Positions 11,018 through 25,078 of a DNA stretch of 64,000 nucleotides are shown one piece after another. Source of the DNA: Octopus sinensis. Its lineage: Eukaryota. Both the position numbers and the translations under genes were made by a program. The notes below the pieces were generated by a model. It did no database searches. It was not told the DNA's origin and saw only the letters and a program-made list of their open reading frames with translations. Each line of letters starts with the position of its first letter. Position 1 is the stretch's first letter. The DNA lies in the NCBI RefSeq assembly GCF_006345805.1, contig NC_043015.1:4774001-4838000 (forward strand), given 5' to 3'.

Positions 11018-13251
11018 AAATGCATACATATATATATACATATATAAATTAATATCTTTTTATACTAAATATACAATATTTCGGTATATGTGCGATATGA
11101 GCGTATGCGTCGTGTGTGCGTGAGGTGGGGCAGTAATCATTTATATTATCCACATTTCAGTAAATAATTGTTTTAATTTAGCTGGTTACCTTTTTATTAA
11201 TAATATAATTGAAATTATCCCCTCGTTCTACACGATATTGATTTGCACAGCATCTCGCAGAAGCAGTCTAGCGTGTAAACGAGGGACCAATGCTCTTTAT
11301 AGAACTAATTGAGCATATGACTAATTGTGACAGTCTAGAATACTAAGAAGCTATTTATTGGCTGTGATCCATTTAAAACCATAAATGAAACCGGGTATAA
11401 GTGCAGTACACATGTGACGATGCTATACACAGCAGAGATATACAGGGCATAGCTTTTAAACTTATTATCTCCCAACTAGGATAATAAATTGAATTCACTA
11501 TTGCGCTTCGTCTTATAACGTAATTAGCAATAATTATTAAATGATTTGGATCATGTAGTAATTATCTCAACAGAAATATCTTGAAAACCTATAATACGTA
11601 AATTAGTGGGATGCACTTCGGAATATAAACGTGTAAGACTATTCAGTATTACTAAACAATGCTAGAAATAGTAAAGGAAGAACTAATTAAGAATGCCAAG
11701 CCGTAAACCATTAGTCCGTAAGAATCCTGGCTTGTAAGTGCATTATAGAGTAATGTCGAAGTAACATTCTCTATTCGTTGAGATAAACTGACGAATAAAA
11801 TGTATTGTGTGTGATTACAAATAAGGGACAATGGATATTCGGTTCGTTCCTCTATTTTGAAATCCAATTAATTTTATCTGTTTGCATGATAACGAAAGGT
11901 AATAGCCTGTATACTTTTCCATGCCCTGTACTCATATTTGCTCAATGTCGTCTACAATATTTAGAAATCTTTATATGTATCGAAAATATAAACAAGACTA
12001 ACTATGTAAAATAAAGTAGATTTTAAAGGAGAAATACAAACTTAACATTTCAAATCAGATTATCTTAAACGTCTATATTGGCAACATTACAACAAAACCA
12101 AAGAATCGTATTCCCGATACAGTTGTTTGCTGGAATTCTTATAACCTGTCTGCCCTTTTATGGTATAAAAAAATCAATTACAACTATTGCAATATCAGGT
12201 GTTTACATATTGTTTTTGTTAGCCTAAATCGTCATTGAATTAAATTATGTACGATTCGAAGCATTCTAAATTTGAATATCGCTTGTTTTCCCTAATTATT
12301 TTTCAAATATGCTGTTATCATTTGACATAACACACCTCTGGTTTATAAGACCGATATCCATAGGATATCTATTAATAAATATGAATAACACGAATCCTTA
12401 GTTTTTTTATTTCTGAATTATATTATTAATTTTCGTCTCTTTACTTTTTCACATGACAAATCAAAAGATATAACATTTTATATCATTTCATGGAAGTTTT
12501 GCTGCTACTTCTAGAAGAATGTCAGACCACATAGGGCCTTCTTCGATTGAACGTTCTTTTCAAGTTGTATAATTAATAAGCTAAGTGGTCAAAGGCGACA
12601 ATATAATTTCAGTACAAGATTAAGTCTAGCTAAGTTCTTCCCAAAAGTAATTTGCCGCACGACGTAAATCCCTGCATGATGGTTCCTGTTTCAACATCAA
12701 AACGGAAAATAGGCTTGAAACCCTGCATCAACTTATCATTTATTGTATCGCATTGAAAACGACAACCAGAATATATATAAAATGCATTAATAAATTCACG
12801 GTAATAGACTTAATTCCTCATAATTTTGCTTTAAATAATACATCAAATTGTCCACTAGCTCTTAAGGTAGCACAGAGTACAATTATTACTGCTTAATAGT
12901 CTGTGGATATACGAAATATATATTTATGGCTTCAACAATCTACACCCATATAACGGGCGATACGTCAATGAAGTGTTACGCTAATGTAAGCAAGAAGACG
13001 AGGCGCAGAGTTTAATTTCAAATATTATTCACTTCTCCTATACCTCTCTTTCTCTTTTTCCTTCTATCTTCCTTCTTCTCACACTCTCTGCCTCATCAAA
13101 CGCTCACTTTCTCACTCATGAAGACAGCACACTTTCACGCACTCTCTTTCTCTTTCTCGTTCTTTCTCAATCACTCTCCCTTACTATATCTAACCTTCAT
13201 TTGCACACATACATTCCAACTCTATGATTTCCATTTATTTTTGTGCATTAC

Positions 13252-13329
<78 letters not shown>

Positions 13330-14012
13330 ATATATATATATATATATATATCAATCTATCTATCTAACTATATATATATATCTATATATCTATATATCTA
13401 TATATATATATATATATATATACAAATATATATAAATATATACACATATACATACATATATATAATACATGTATATTTATATATGTGTATATATGTATGT
13501 ATGCATTTATACATTTAATATATATATATTATATATATAATATTATATATAATAATATATTATGTGCGTGTGTGCATGCATATACATTTATATACATGAG
13601 GACTTAGTATGTGTGTGTGCTTAATACATCTGTTATGCTCTTATGCTTGTTTATATGTATGTATATTTGTATATATCAATATATAGGTTATATACGGACG
13701 TGAACAATTTATTCACATTACGCTTTGTTCAATATGGTTATTTTGTAGAAAATAATATTATCAGGAAATATTGGTCATTAAATGGTTGAATAGTTATAGA
13801 AACATCACAAATTTACCGGTAAAAATCTATGCGAGAATACTTTTTTTATTACCTAACAATACAAACGTTAGTTATTCGTCTTTGGTAGAAAGGAGTTGGC
13901 GGAATTGATTTCAGTTCATATTCTGTGTTTTTATGAGTGGGAGCGAGTATGTGCGTATGCCTGTATACGTCCATGTGCTAGTTTGTATGTGTGAATATCA
14001 AAATATCTTTGT

Positions 14013-14182
14013 GGCGTAGGTGTGTGGTAAGAAGCCAAATTATTAACAACATTGTTCCATGCTCTGTCACATTGCGTGATAGCATTTGTAGGTGACCCCT
14101 ACGCTAACCTCGGGTCCATCAAGCGTGAAAGTGTAATTGATAAAAAGAAACTGAAATAATCATGTCGTGTGTATTTATACGT

Positions 14183-14240
<58 letters not shown>

Positions 14241-14335
14241 TATATATATATTATATATATATAGGTATGAATATATCAATATCTGCGTTTGTCCCCCATG
14301 AACAGTTGACAACAGGTGTTGGCGTGCTTATGCGA
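14013..14335 (+). mobile_element. Degenerate group A SINE
   Basis: ggcgtaggtgtgtggtaagaag...cctcgggtcc...aaactgaaa...(TA)n...gtttgtccccc...ttgacaacaggtgttggcgtg is collinear with 8964-9230. Confidence 0.65.
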
Positions 14336-15022
14336 CTCTAACACCCCAATATATGTATGTATATATTATATATATATATATATGTGTGTATGTATGTATG
14401 TATATACATATATATATATATATATATATTAATACATACATATATATATATTATATAGATATATATATATATATATATATAATATATAATATATAAATGT
14501 TTTGTGTTATCAGTGCTTACAAACAGCCGGAGACAATAAATATATTGTTACCACGTCTCGTAGCAATGTTCACACAAGTACCAAGTTCGTAACAGCTTAT
14601 TTATAAGGTAGAAAACCCAGGTTTAAGCAAACCTTTTTTGTATATCAGATGTAAATAAATAAATACGCATCATCAGATATCACGTGGGACTCAAACAATC
14701 CGGTTTAGATTCTGCCTGGAAACTACACACCAATATCAATTTTACTCTAGAGACAAGGCTGTACAGAATACATCACTACTGAACAAACTTTCTATGACCC
14801 TGACCTAGCTCGGAATATTGATAAAATCTAAATTAGGATTTGATGTTTCAAGTGTGTGCTTCATAGATACAACACTTTAATAAAGACGATAAATTTAGAA
14901 GTGATTGTCATATTGTCATTATGATTTACTTTTCGACACAAACAGAGGTTAAAATGAGTATTATTTACAATAGTTACGTTATTTAAATTTGACGCTATTT
15001 GTCCTCATCCTGTTTGTTGTTA

Positions 15023-15066
15023 ACACAACGTTTCGGTTGGTATATCCTCCAGCTTTCATCATGTGT
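15023..15066 (-). ncRNA. Decayed minimal type I hammerhead ribozyme
   Basis: Minus strand ACAC-AUGAUGA-A-AGCUG-loop-CAACC-GAAA-CG-UU-GUGU. Stem I ACAC/GUGU and palindromic ACGU stem III are present, but core C3 is A and stem II is mispaired. Confidence 0.55.
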
Positions 15067-18000
15067 GTTGGGGAAATTTCGAAGCTGGATTCTCTACCGG
15101 ACATTCTACACGTCAGCTGCACCTCCCCTGCCTATGGATTACGCTGGACTCCTCTGTTGACGTTACATCTATCATGTATGCGATATAAAAAACGTTAAAT
15201 ATATCTCTATTATCAGTTCAACACAAATGACTTTCTGCAGTCATGCAGTCATGATTGAACCGAATGATTTTAAACTATCTCTGTGTACGCTCCGATATTA
15301 CGAGAAGCAGAGAGTCACAGGAATGCATGCAATCAGTGCAAACATGATTACAATTAAACAGATTTGCACGTGTGCGCTTCGAATGCATGTCTTTCTTACC
15401 AACGTAGCCAAAAGAAAATATTTTCATAACATTTCTGCCTCATTTTTGATGCCAATAGCATAATATTTTTTATCGGTAATCCAGATAAAATTCAATAATC
15501 TAACTTTTCGTATAGTAATTACAAATTCCTAACTTATGGGATAATTTTCAGATGTTTCTGAAGTTTTCTTCTGGAGAGGAATTAATTTTAAAGAAACCAT
15601 ATTTCACAAATTCATTCCTCATGGTAACCTAATAGAAATATCTTTAATATAATTTATATGGTACTACCATATAAACCAATAACACACATATATGTGTATG
15701 CGCGTGTGTGTGCGTACGTAGGAAATACATAAGTATTTCAATATATAGGGATAACCATGTATCAACTATCTCTCTCTCTCTCTCTCTCTCAATCTATCTA
15801 TCTATGTATCTATATATCTATTTACCTATCTATTTATCCATGTACCTATAATTTTATCTATGTATCTATCAATCCATCTATCTACCTATTTATGTGCGAA
15901 ATTTTGTGTCGTTAAGTAACTCCGTTGCTTTTTCTAATTTGTTTAATATTGATAAAACTTTTATGTGTGTATATATATATATATATGTATATTCAAGGAA
16001 ATATATCTCTCTCTGTCTCTCTGTCTATCTCTGATTCTTCCCATTTGTCTGAGTGTCTATCTGTTTTCTCTCTCTCTCTCTCTCTTTACATAGACACACA
16101 CACATACATACACACAGAGACACACACACACACACACATATATATGTATATATATACATGTATATATGTATTTATGTGCGTTCGTATTTCTGTGTGTGCG
16201 CTTGTGCGTGTATTTTTATCTATGCAATATATGTTTGAGTATCTGCATATATGCAAATTACCACATATTTACAAACTCGCTCACATTGAATTATACAGGC
16301 CAACACATATATTCCATGCATATTATTTTCTGACAGTGTGAGAAAATTACTGAATTTGCGTGCTGAAAACCTATATTCTCGTTTCTTAGTGCTATCGTTG
16401 ATCGGGGGTCATATATTCCTTAGGAAAGAACTTATGAGACCTTACGAATTGCTTATTCTCTTGATGTTTGTCTATGCACCGTGATCTACGTTAATCGAAC
16501 ATCTAATCAGTACCCGTTATTACTTTTCCAATAGTTCGTAGTCTTTTTACATCTTTATAGATGTGTAAGGAATATGGAGTTTACACGCTATATCCAAGTT
16601 CTTCATGCATATATGCAAAATACGGTGTCTTATGATCTTACGTTTTATTCTATGACACGCGGCTTAGTTTTTTGATTAAGATGACATGACGTTTGCCTTA
16701 CATATAGATGATCACCTCTTAGTTTTGATTGATGTTTGATATCAACTTGAAATTGCTACAGAAAAGGAATGTAGTAGTGATCTTCTGTCAGAATTTCATA
16801 AAATAAAGTGTTCCTGAATAAAGTACAACATACAGATCAAAAGCATGTAACCAAATAGGATCTATCTCTAAAAATATATGGCAGCGAAATACACTGTCAC
16901 ACGTGTGTTCCACCCAAAAATGTATCAGGAATAAGAGCAGCAATGAGGAAAATGCGGACTATTTCTCGCAGATCCGGCAGAACAAGGGGATCTGGCTGAA
17001 AAGTTTGATGAACCTTTCTCTTATCAGAGATAAACTTCGCGCTCTATACCAGACCACATTTCTGTATGGAACCTAAATCATTTGCACTTTCTTGCTGAAC
17101 GATTCATAGAACTTACCTGTACATCTTTTGTTTGAATTACATTGAACCAGCTTGGTTCCTAATAAATATTGTGTCTTGAGTAAATATTTATTAATTAACA
17201 ACTGGGCATCCACTAGGAAATCACATTTCTTTTATAGTTACTAAGTATAATATTTTCTTATGTAAGGAGACTTATATTTGGAAACAGAAGTTTCAATTTA
17301 ATTTCTACGTTGTCAATTCTATATTACAATTTTTTTTTTATTTTGAAATATTCCAATATTTTTACTATTGTAGGTCTAATTGTCTTGATCGTGCAGTTTA
17401 TTTCATTGTTGTACTTATTGTTATTTAGACCTTAAGAATATCCCACTCTTGCACACCTTTGCTAACATTACATATATCCGTGGCAACCGTATTCTCTGGT
17501 AACAGATAATAAGTTGCATCGACTAATATATCTGACATTGATATGATACAATGGGTAGAGTAGACACACTTACGTATGTCTCTATCAGCTTTGTTGTTTA
17601 GTCAAAATTGCTGTTTGCATGATAATCTCCTTCATATATTTTTGCTAATACTTCACACAATGCATTTAATTCTATTTCACCAATTATCACCTTTCTGTAG
17701 CTTAAAAGGATGAAGGTGCACTAGAAGCCATCTTAATATCAATTTATAAATTTTAGCAATCGGAGATCTTACTCAACGATTCGTCAATAAGTTAAAATCG
17801 AATTTCATGGCGTATTACCTGTCTTCAATTGTACATCTGCCTCTCCCTTGCTGTCGATCCTTCTCTATTTCTCTCTCGCACTCCCACCCATTATCAGAGG
17901 TCAGCAACACAACTAATCTTAGGTGAGACTAGTTGCAAATGCACTATCTTTCAGATAGCATGTTTTACAATAGTTTGATATGTTTCATCTTTCCACTTCG

Positions 18001-19027
18001 GCTGGAATCATCTGTTGGTGTTCGACGTGAGGTGTTTGAAGTCTGTTGAAGTAATCTAATTATTACATCTACAAATTGTAACGATGTTGGCAGCTTTAAC
18101 TGAAAACATTGCTAAACACAAAACTTTTGCTAGTTCAACGTTTAATACTGATTCTCAGGGAAGTTCTTTGGATTGAAAAACTTGATAATAAAATAGACAA
18201 GCTGTTATGAGCTTGTTATTGCAATTCTTTCGATTCAGAGTTTAAATAACTTCGATGTCAATTTTACTTTGTATCCTTTCGACGCTGAATAAATATATCC
18301 TAGTCAAGCACTAGACTTGAAATGACCATCTATTTCTACTCTGGCCTTGTTACTAAAACCTAGTACCTAGAAAGGTTTCTAGCATTCCCTCAACAAATTT
18401 GAAATTTCTGTTAGAAACGATTAATTAATAAGAAAAAGAAAAAAAAAATTCTACAAACAATATACAAAATTTGATTTCATTGATTGCATCAACAAACTCT
18501 ACAAAATTGATTTGTTTTATATTTTATCCCTAAAGCTAGAATAGGAAAACCATTATTACAACTGAGGAAATAATTATTTCTTTACGCCACACAAAGAAAT
18601 ATAAAACAAAAGCTTAATATTTTTATTTTCAAGAATTATTATTCTAACAGAGATTTAATTCAAATTGAAAATCTTAATTATACATTCATTTAAAAATGTT
18701 ATTGGTTCTATGTTGTTCTTTACCATGTTCATGCTAATACTGTTCATCGTATTCTTCGGAATATTGTTGTTTTTGTTGTAAGCAACATTTTTATGTTAGA
18801 TATTGTTAGCCTCAGGTAAACTTACATCAATTAGATATATAATTATTCTAAAGGCATTGCAGCCACCAACACCTCAAGTTTTTTTTAGATCTGTCTTTTC
18901 ACATGGCGGTAGAGCGTCATTCGGCTGTTAAAAAGAACATATTCTCTACATTGAGAAAATCATATATGGTTTAATATTTAGCTAACTTTGTTAATTCTAT
19001 CAATAGTATAGATGCTGTCTTTGCTGT

Positions 19028-19364
19028 TTGTTTGTTGTTTGTTTGTTTGTTTGTTGAGCGAAATGGTCTTCGTCCCAGAGTGTAGTGGGAGAAGTCCTAA
19101 ACGTTGTCCTTTGCTTTTCATAAGACCCGCAGAAGATAAAGCAGGTCAACCCCCGACACTGAGAGCATCGACGGATGGATAAATGCGCATCCAGGCTCAA
19201 GGATGCGTAGGAAGTCGGGGACAAGAAAGAGGAAGAAAGACTGAAAGGAATTTGGAGCGAAAGAGTACAACATTAGTCGCCACCACCCCCTGCCGGAGCG
19301 ACGTGGAGCTTTAGGTGTTTTCGCTCAATAAACACACACAACGCCCGGTCTGGGAATCGAAATC
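19028..19364 (-). mobile_element. tRNA-derived SINE (group B head, tail type 1), 5'-truncated, with 14-bp TSD
   Basis: Minus strand ttcgattcccagaccgggcgttgtgtgtgtttattgagcgaaaacacctaaagctcc; ends in (caaa)n. TSD gctgtctttgctgt at 19014-19027 and 19365-19378. Confidence 0.85.
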
Positions 19365-19432
19365 GCTGTCTTTGCTGTCTTACATTTTGCTTATGATCAC
19401 TAGTTAATGTTACAGTCATTTTACATTGTTCC

Positions 19433-19734
19433 GTGGAGGCGCAATAGCCCAGTGGTTAGGGCAGCGTACTCGCGGTCGTAGAATCGCGGTTTCGATTCCT
19501 GTTTCTGTTGTACCTGTATTTCAAAGGGCCGGCCTTGTCACTCTCTGTGTCACGTTGAATATCCCCGAGAACTACGTTAAGGGTACACGTGTCTGTGGAG
19601 TTCTCAGCCACTTACACGTAAATATCACGAGCAGGCTGTTCCGCACTTACACGTAAATATCACGAGCAGGCTGTTCCGCTGATCGGATCAACCGGAACCC
19701 TCGTCGTCGTAACCGACGGAGTGCTTCCTCCCTC
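19433..19734 (+). mobile_element. tRNA-derived SINE (group B head, tail type 2) with 13-bp TSD and internal 35-bp tandem duplication
   Basis: A box tagcccagtggt and B box gtttcgattcc. TSD tttacattgttcc at 19420-19432 and 19735-19747. Duplication 19609-19643 = 19644-19678. Confidence 0.9.
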
Positions 19735-20229
19735 TTTACATTGTTCCAATTGTTATTTTTCTCCTCAATTTTATGGCTTCTTGTCACAACCGTAATTATT
19801 TTGTTGTCTGTATTTCTCGCTATTTTTGCTATAACTATAGTGTTTGTTGTTGCTCTATATGCATGTACATCAGGTTCTGTGTTATTCATTTACGTATTAT
19901 AGTTATTGTCGCTGTTGTTTGATTTTAGCCCCCGCAACTGCCCTGATAAATCTGGCAGTTCTCAATACAGAAATACAGCTAAGACCGTTACATTCTTCAT
20001 ATGAAATGTTAGGTTGGCCTTATTTCTTGTAAACGTTCTCACTCCAAATCTAAGAGGAGACATTTGAGGACAAATTTGCTACTGTTCGAAGCCTGTCAAG
20101 CGACAAAGAATATTTATCGTTCTCCAGATTCTTTTTACCGATTTTGTGCAACTTATCATTTACAAATTGTCGTTTTCATTGTAGTATATTTGTTTTTGAA
20201 GTTCATGTATTTGATACCTAGTTTCCTTT

Positions 20230-20578
20230 CTTAAATCCTTAAATCCTTAAAAATGTTTAGTCCGAAGGCCGCGGCCATGCTAGGGCACCACCGCTGAATA
20301 AGCTACACTAATATGTAAATCCACCTCTGATACGTGGCACTTGATCAACAAGGGAGTTCGATGCTGCTGCCCGCATCTGTGTCTCCTGTCGTGAGGTAGG
20401 TTCATCTGGGATTCCCGACAAGAAGAGATCCAGTTAATTTTAAAGAAACCCACATCTACACCATGTAAGCTGTGGTCCTCTGAAACCCAAACTGTTGCAG
20501 TATCTGTACCTATATTTTGATGGTGATGTTGGAACCCCGTTCTATGGCTGGGGTTAATGTGAATGCCAAAGTTTGGGC
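20230..20578 (-). mobile_element. 5'-truncated, internally deleted copy of the CR1-type LINE at 62.1-64 kb
   Basis: Highly similar to 62124-62525, including the (aaggattt)n tail and the ggtggtgccc.agcatggccgc 3' UTR. Confidence 0.92.
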
Positions 20579-20941
20579 ATTCTTTAATTCTTCAATAAAT
20601 TGCTAAGTTTATGTTTATAAATGTCATCATTGATACGCAAATAAAAAAGCGCCATGATGGTGAAATGAGATAAAAAATATCGAGGAGAAACACAAGAAAA
20701 CACAGAGTGTACCGTGGAAGATAGACGAAGACAGATGAACAATATATAAATTACAACGAGAGGGTAAAACAATAACTTGTAATTTCAATAGTCCGAGGAA
20801 ATATTTTCTAGAATGCTCTGATTAATTTGACGCACTTCTATATATCTTATAACACGTCGAGAAATACGTTTTTATGCTACAGTATGTTTTATTGCTACAT
20901 ACATTAATAGAATATATGGATATAGAAATATCTTTATATAC

Positions 20942-21550
20942 ACTAGAAGAAAGACCGCCCTCCGAGCGGATTTCTGCTAACGAATTTTTAACACTTCCAC
21001 ACTAATAATTTCTATGATATTTTAAGTCTAATTATTTCTTTCTATATATTGCTTTAATTATTTTATCACAGTTATAATCTCTCTTTTTTAAACAAACATC
21101 ACGGGAGTCCAACAATGAAGGGGGAGCAATTTGTCATGTTTTACATTCCCCTCAAAGCAACATAATTTCCGTTCAGCATCACATCTGTAAGCTTTGCAGT
21201 GAGAGCGTGTGTGTGAGAGAGGGAGAGAGAGAGAGATGGGCGGCAGAGAGAACATTGCAAACAAATAATGAAATAAACATGAAATATAAGGGCATTAATA
21301 CAGAGTTATACACCTCCGAATTCTCTACCTCATAACATCCATACTTTTAATGAAAATTTTCAATAAATACTGCTTAGATTTGTGACTTAAGAGTATAAAG
21401 GGATTTGTTGGAATGAATTTTTCCGAGGGGGTAGAGAATGGAATTATGAAGAATTCACATGATCCGAACATTTGCACTAAAAACGTGCAGGAAAATGGAT
21501 ATCTTTTAATGTAAGTTTATGCACATTTGCAATATTTTGTACAAGATAGG
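20942..21550 (+). mobile_element. Possible non-autonomous Helitron/Helentron-like (DINE-like) element
   Basis: Begins actagaagaaagacc followed by a short GC hairpin (ccgc..cctccga..gcgg). Internal (GT)(GA)n. The architecture only resembles such elements. Confidence 0.3.
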
Positions 21551-21615
21551 ACGAGAAATTATTAGAATCTGATGTTAGATTTCATTTCCATTTCCGGATA
21601 ACGGCAATATATGTG

Positions 21616-21666
<51 letters not shown>

Positions 21667-21762
21667 GCGATTCTGTCCCTCTTGATAGTTCACAAATGTG
21701 TACGTAATAAATCCACGATTTCCATCGACCATTATACGGGTATGTATGTAGGTATGTATCTA

Positions 21763-21815
<53 letters not shown>

Positions 21816-22408
21816 GCACACATATTTATTCAGAAAGAGTTCTATAATATTTAGCTATGATACAATGCACACGCAAATATTTCTTTCTCTTCTCGAACTG
21901 TTTTTTACACACATGCATTCACGCAAATAAATAAAATTTAGTTACATAGATTTATTTCTCTATATCAATGGCCACCTAAATAAATCTCTATCTATCTATC
22001 TATCTATCTACCTATCTATCTCTCTATCTATCTATTTATCTATGTATCTATCCCTTTATCTCTTTCTCCGTCTCTCTCTCCTTATATATATATAAATACA
22101 TTTATCTTTCTTTTTGTTTCTCTGTATCTCCGGTCCTTACATCTCCGTATTTCTGAGCACATATATATAAGGGTGTTTGTGTGTATGTCAATGTGTATGC
22201 GTTTATGTATACTTATATATATATATATATATAATATATATATGGCATATTTATATATATGTATATTATATATATATATATATATATACGTATGCATACG
22301 AATACACATGCATATATGCATATCTATCTATCTATAACTATATCTATATCTAACTATCTATCTATATATATATATATGTGTATCTATATCCATCTATCTA
22401 TATATATA

Positions 22409-22448
<40 letters not shown>

Positions 22449-22873
22449 GTTGTATATATGTATTTTCATGTGCGCTTAAACTTGGAAGGCCGTTAATATG
22501 TGCATATATATATATATATATTCAGTTTTAATAGATTGCACGTAATATCCAGATGTTATATTTCCGATACGGAAATGGTTTCCGTGTCGTATATAATATA
22601 TTATGTTCTTTTAAGGAAAATTTCGAAATAATTATGTGACTATTTCCATCTTCGCAATATATATTATGAATTCTTTCCTTTGTGCGCACTTTATTTTTTT
22701 TCTCTTTTCTCACTGAAATGACATTTCATTTAAATATATATATATATATATACATAGATAAAGACACACACATAAATTAGGGAACGGAATGATATCTTCA
22801 AACACTCTAAAATTTGAAATTCACATCAGACTATCATTCTTTTAGTGCGTTTGTGTATACGTATGTGATCATT

Positions 22874-22963
<90 letters not shown>

Positions 22964-24209
22964 ATGTATATATATTATATGTATGTATGTAGGTATGTGT
23001 GTATGTATTATGAAGTATGCATGCTTGCAAGTATGTACGTATGTATGTATTTGTGATATGTTTATACATGTATGTATATGCGTGCATGAATGTGTTTACG
23101 TGTGTGTATGAAAATCTGTAAATCTAACTTTTTCAAAGCTGACATATTACTACTTCTATGATAATAGTTCTCACTAATGACAATATGACTCCAGGCGATT
23201 TTTCTCTTGATGCACTATATGTTTTTCTGGTGTGCAATTTAAGCATTTTGCAAGATTTGACATATGGATGGTGCTGAAAGTAAGAGAAATCGCTGTAATA
23301 TACTATAAAATTTTCTTCAATTTCAGACGCAAAATTTCGAATGGTGATGATGAACTGGCACACCCTGGATGAGCGTGTTAGTTATTCAGGTACCATAGCA
23401 AATTCGCAAAGGCCAAATAGAGAAAGAAAGAAATAACAAAGGAAAAAAGAAGGAAGGAAGAAATGAAAAAGAGGATACGAAGAAATGAAGGAAGAAGAAA
23501 GGAGAAAAGAATATTTGTAGACTTTGTAGAAAAAATTCGACATTCTGGCACATATTCCTTTAAGGTTTAAATGAGCACTTAATGAAGATAGATGCAAGTG
23601 GCACCATGGCAATGTATTTTCAACACTTCCTCATTCCTTACAGCAGGAAGGTCTCAAGAAACATCATAATTAGATTTCAAAACAGCAGTAAATAAACGCG
23701 CGAAAGAAAGAAAACACCATTAAAGAAAGCAAATGTAATACAATGCTTACTGTATGTGTCCCAGTGATAAGGTATAAAAGTGGATCTAGGAGGCAGTCTG
23801 CAGCTACCTCAGCTCATTCTTATAACCCTAAGCCTAGATGTAGTTCGGTGGTTTGGAAAGACCAAGAACTTAATCTTGATCGATCTTATTGTCTCTTGAG
23901 AAGACGAGTGGGGTTAGTCCTACGGATTGAAGTGTGCCAAATACGAGAGCATTCTGCTGGATTGCGAAGCAGACATTTGGCATTCGTGGCTTTTCTAAGG
24001 CGAGGTTGCCGGAATGGATGATGCTTACAACGATTATCCATCTCAACTGGAAGGAGATGAGAACCAACTCTGCTGGACCACCAAGCAGAAGGTTCAAACA
24101 CATGATGATCGTTATATATGCTGTCTGATGACATCAGATCCTCCTGGTCAAACCTCATTCACTTACGTGTTATCAACACACATACATATATATGTATATA
24201 TACACACAA

Positions 24210-24276
<67 letters not shown>

Positions 24277-24599
24277 TGTGTGTGTGTGTGTATGTATGTA
24301 CACAGTGTGTAACAGGTAAGTTCTAAATATTACTATTTATTTATAATTTTCGATTGGACAAATTATAAATGTTAATATAGAATGAAACCATTGATTGGTA
24401 ATTGCCGATTTATTCCGCACAAATGTGTTAGAGTGAATGTTAGAGACGCAAAGTTTGTTTTTAAAGTTGTAGTGTATTATCAAACAAAAAGCCTCGACGT
24501 TTTCGTAGTGGCTTGAAACACACACCTCGTGTCTTAGCAGGACTTAAGAGATTGATTTATTTTAACCCATCAATATCGATTGCGAAAGTTGCTTAAAGA

Positions 24600-24890
24600 T
24601 CAAAACATCACTACAATTGCCGTTTCTAGGGCTGTGGTAAGAGACCTGCAAATGAAAACGTGAGTGAAGAAACACTCTAACATCCTAATTACCCGCTCCA
24701 AAGGCATTCCAGGTAAAATATGTACGAAACCTCACAGTCATCTGAGGAATCGAGGAGAGGCAACTTTGTGGATGCAACGTACTTTGTGTTAGACGAAGAA
24801 CACAAATCTGCACACACCTCAGGAACACGGAAGTGTAGCAGGTGATGCAGTAGAAATCTATCTCAAATTAGCACATGTTATATGACAATA
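24600..24890 (+). mobile_element. Highly decayed 3' end of an R4/Dong-like element running into (AAT)n
   Basis: Weak similarity to the C-terminal segment of the neighbouring R4-type copies; ends in a long AAT/AAC array. Confidence 0.3.
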
Positions 24891-25039
24891 ATAACAAGGA
24901 TAATAATAGCAACAGCAGTAACAACCACAAAAACAACGACAATAATAATATAGTATATATTAATAATGATAATAAAACAATAATAATAATGATAATAAAA
25001 ATAATAATAATAATAATGATAATAATAATAATAATAATA

Positions 25040-25075
<36 letters not shown>

Positions 25076-25078
<3 letters not shown>

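Noticed and set aside
16370-16610. Very old CR1/L2-like fragment on the minus strand (KKDYELLEK**R)
   Set aside because: Only one short motif; insufficient without a profile search.
17117-17158. Possible 42-nt minus-strand microexon ending at CAG|GTAAGT
   Set aside because: The donor is good but the acceptor is weak, and such matches are expected by chance in 64 kb.
19435-19500. tRNA gene
   Set aside because: The tRNA-like sequence is a SINE head: it continues into a repeat body, has a TSD and multiple diverged copies, and lacks a paired acceptor stem.
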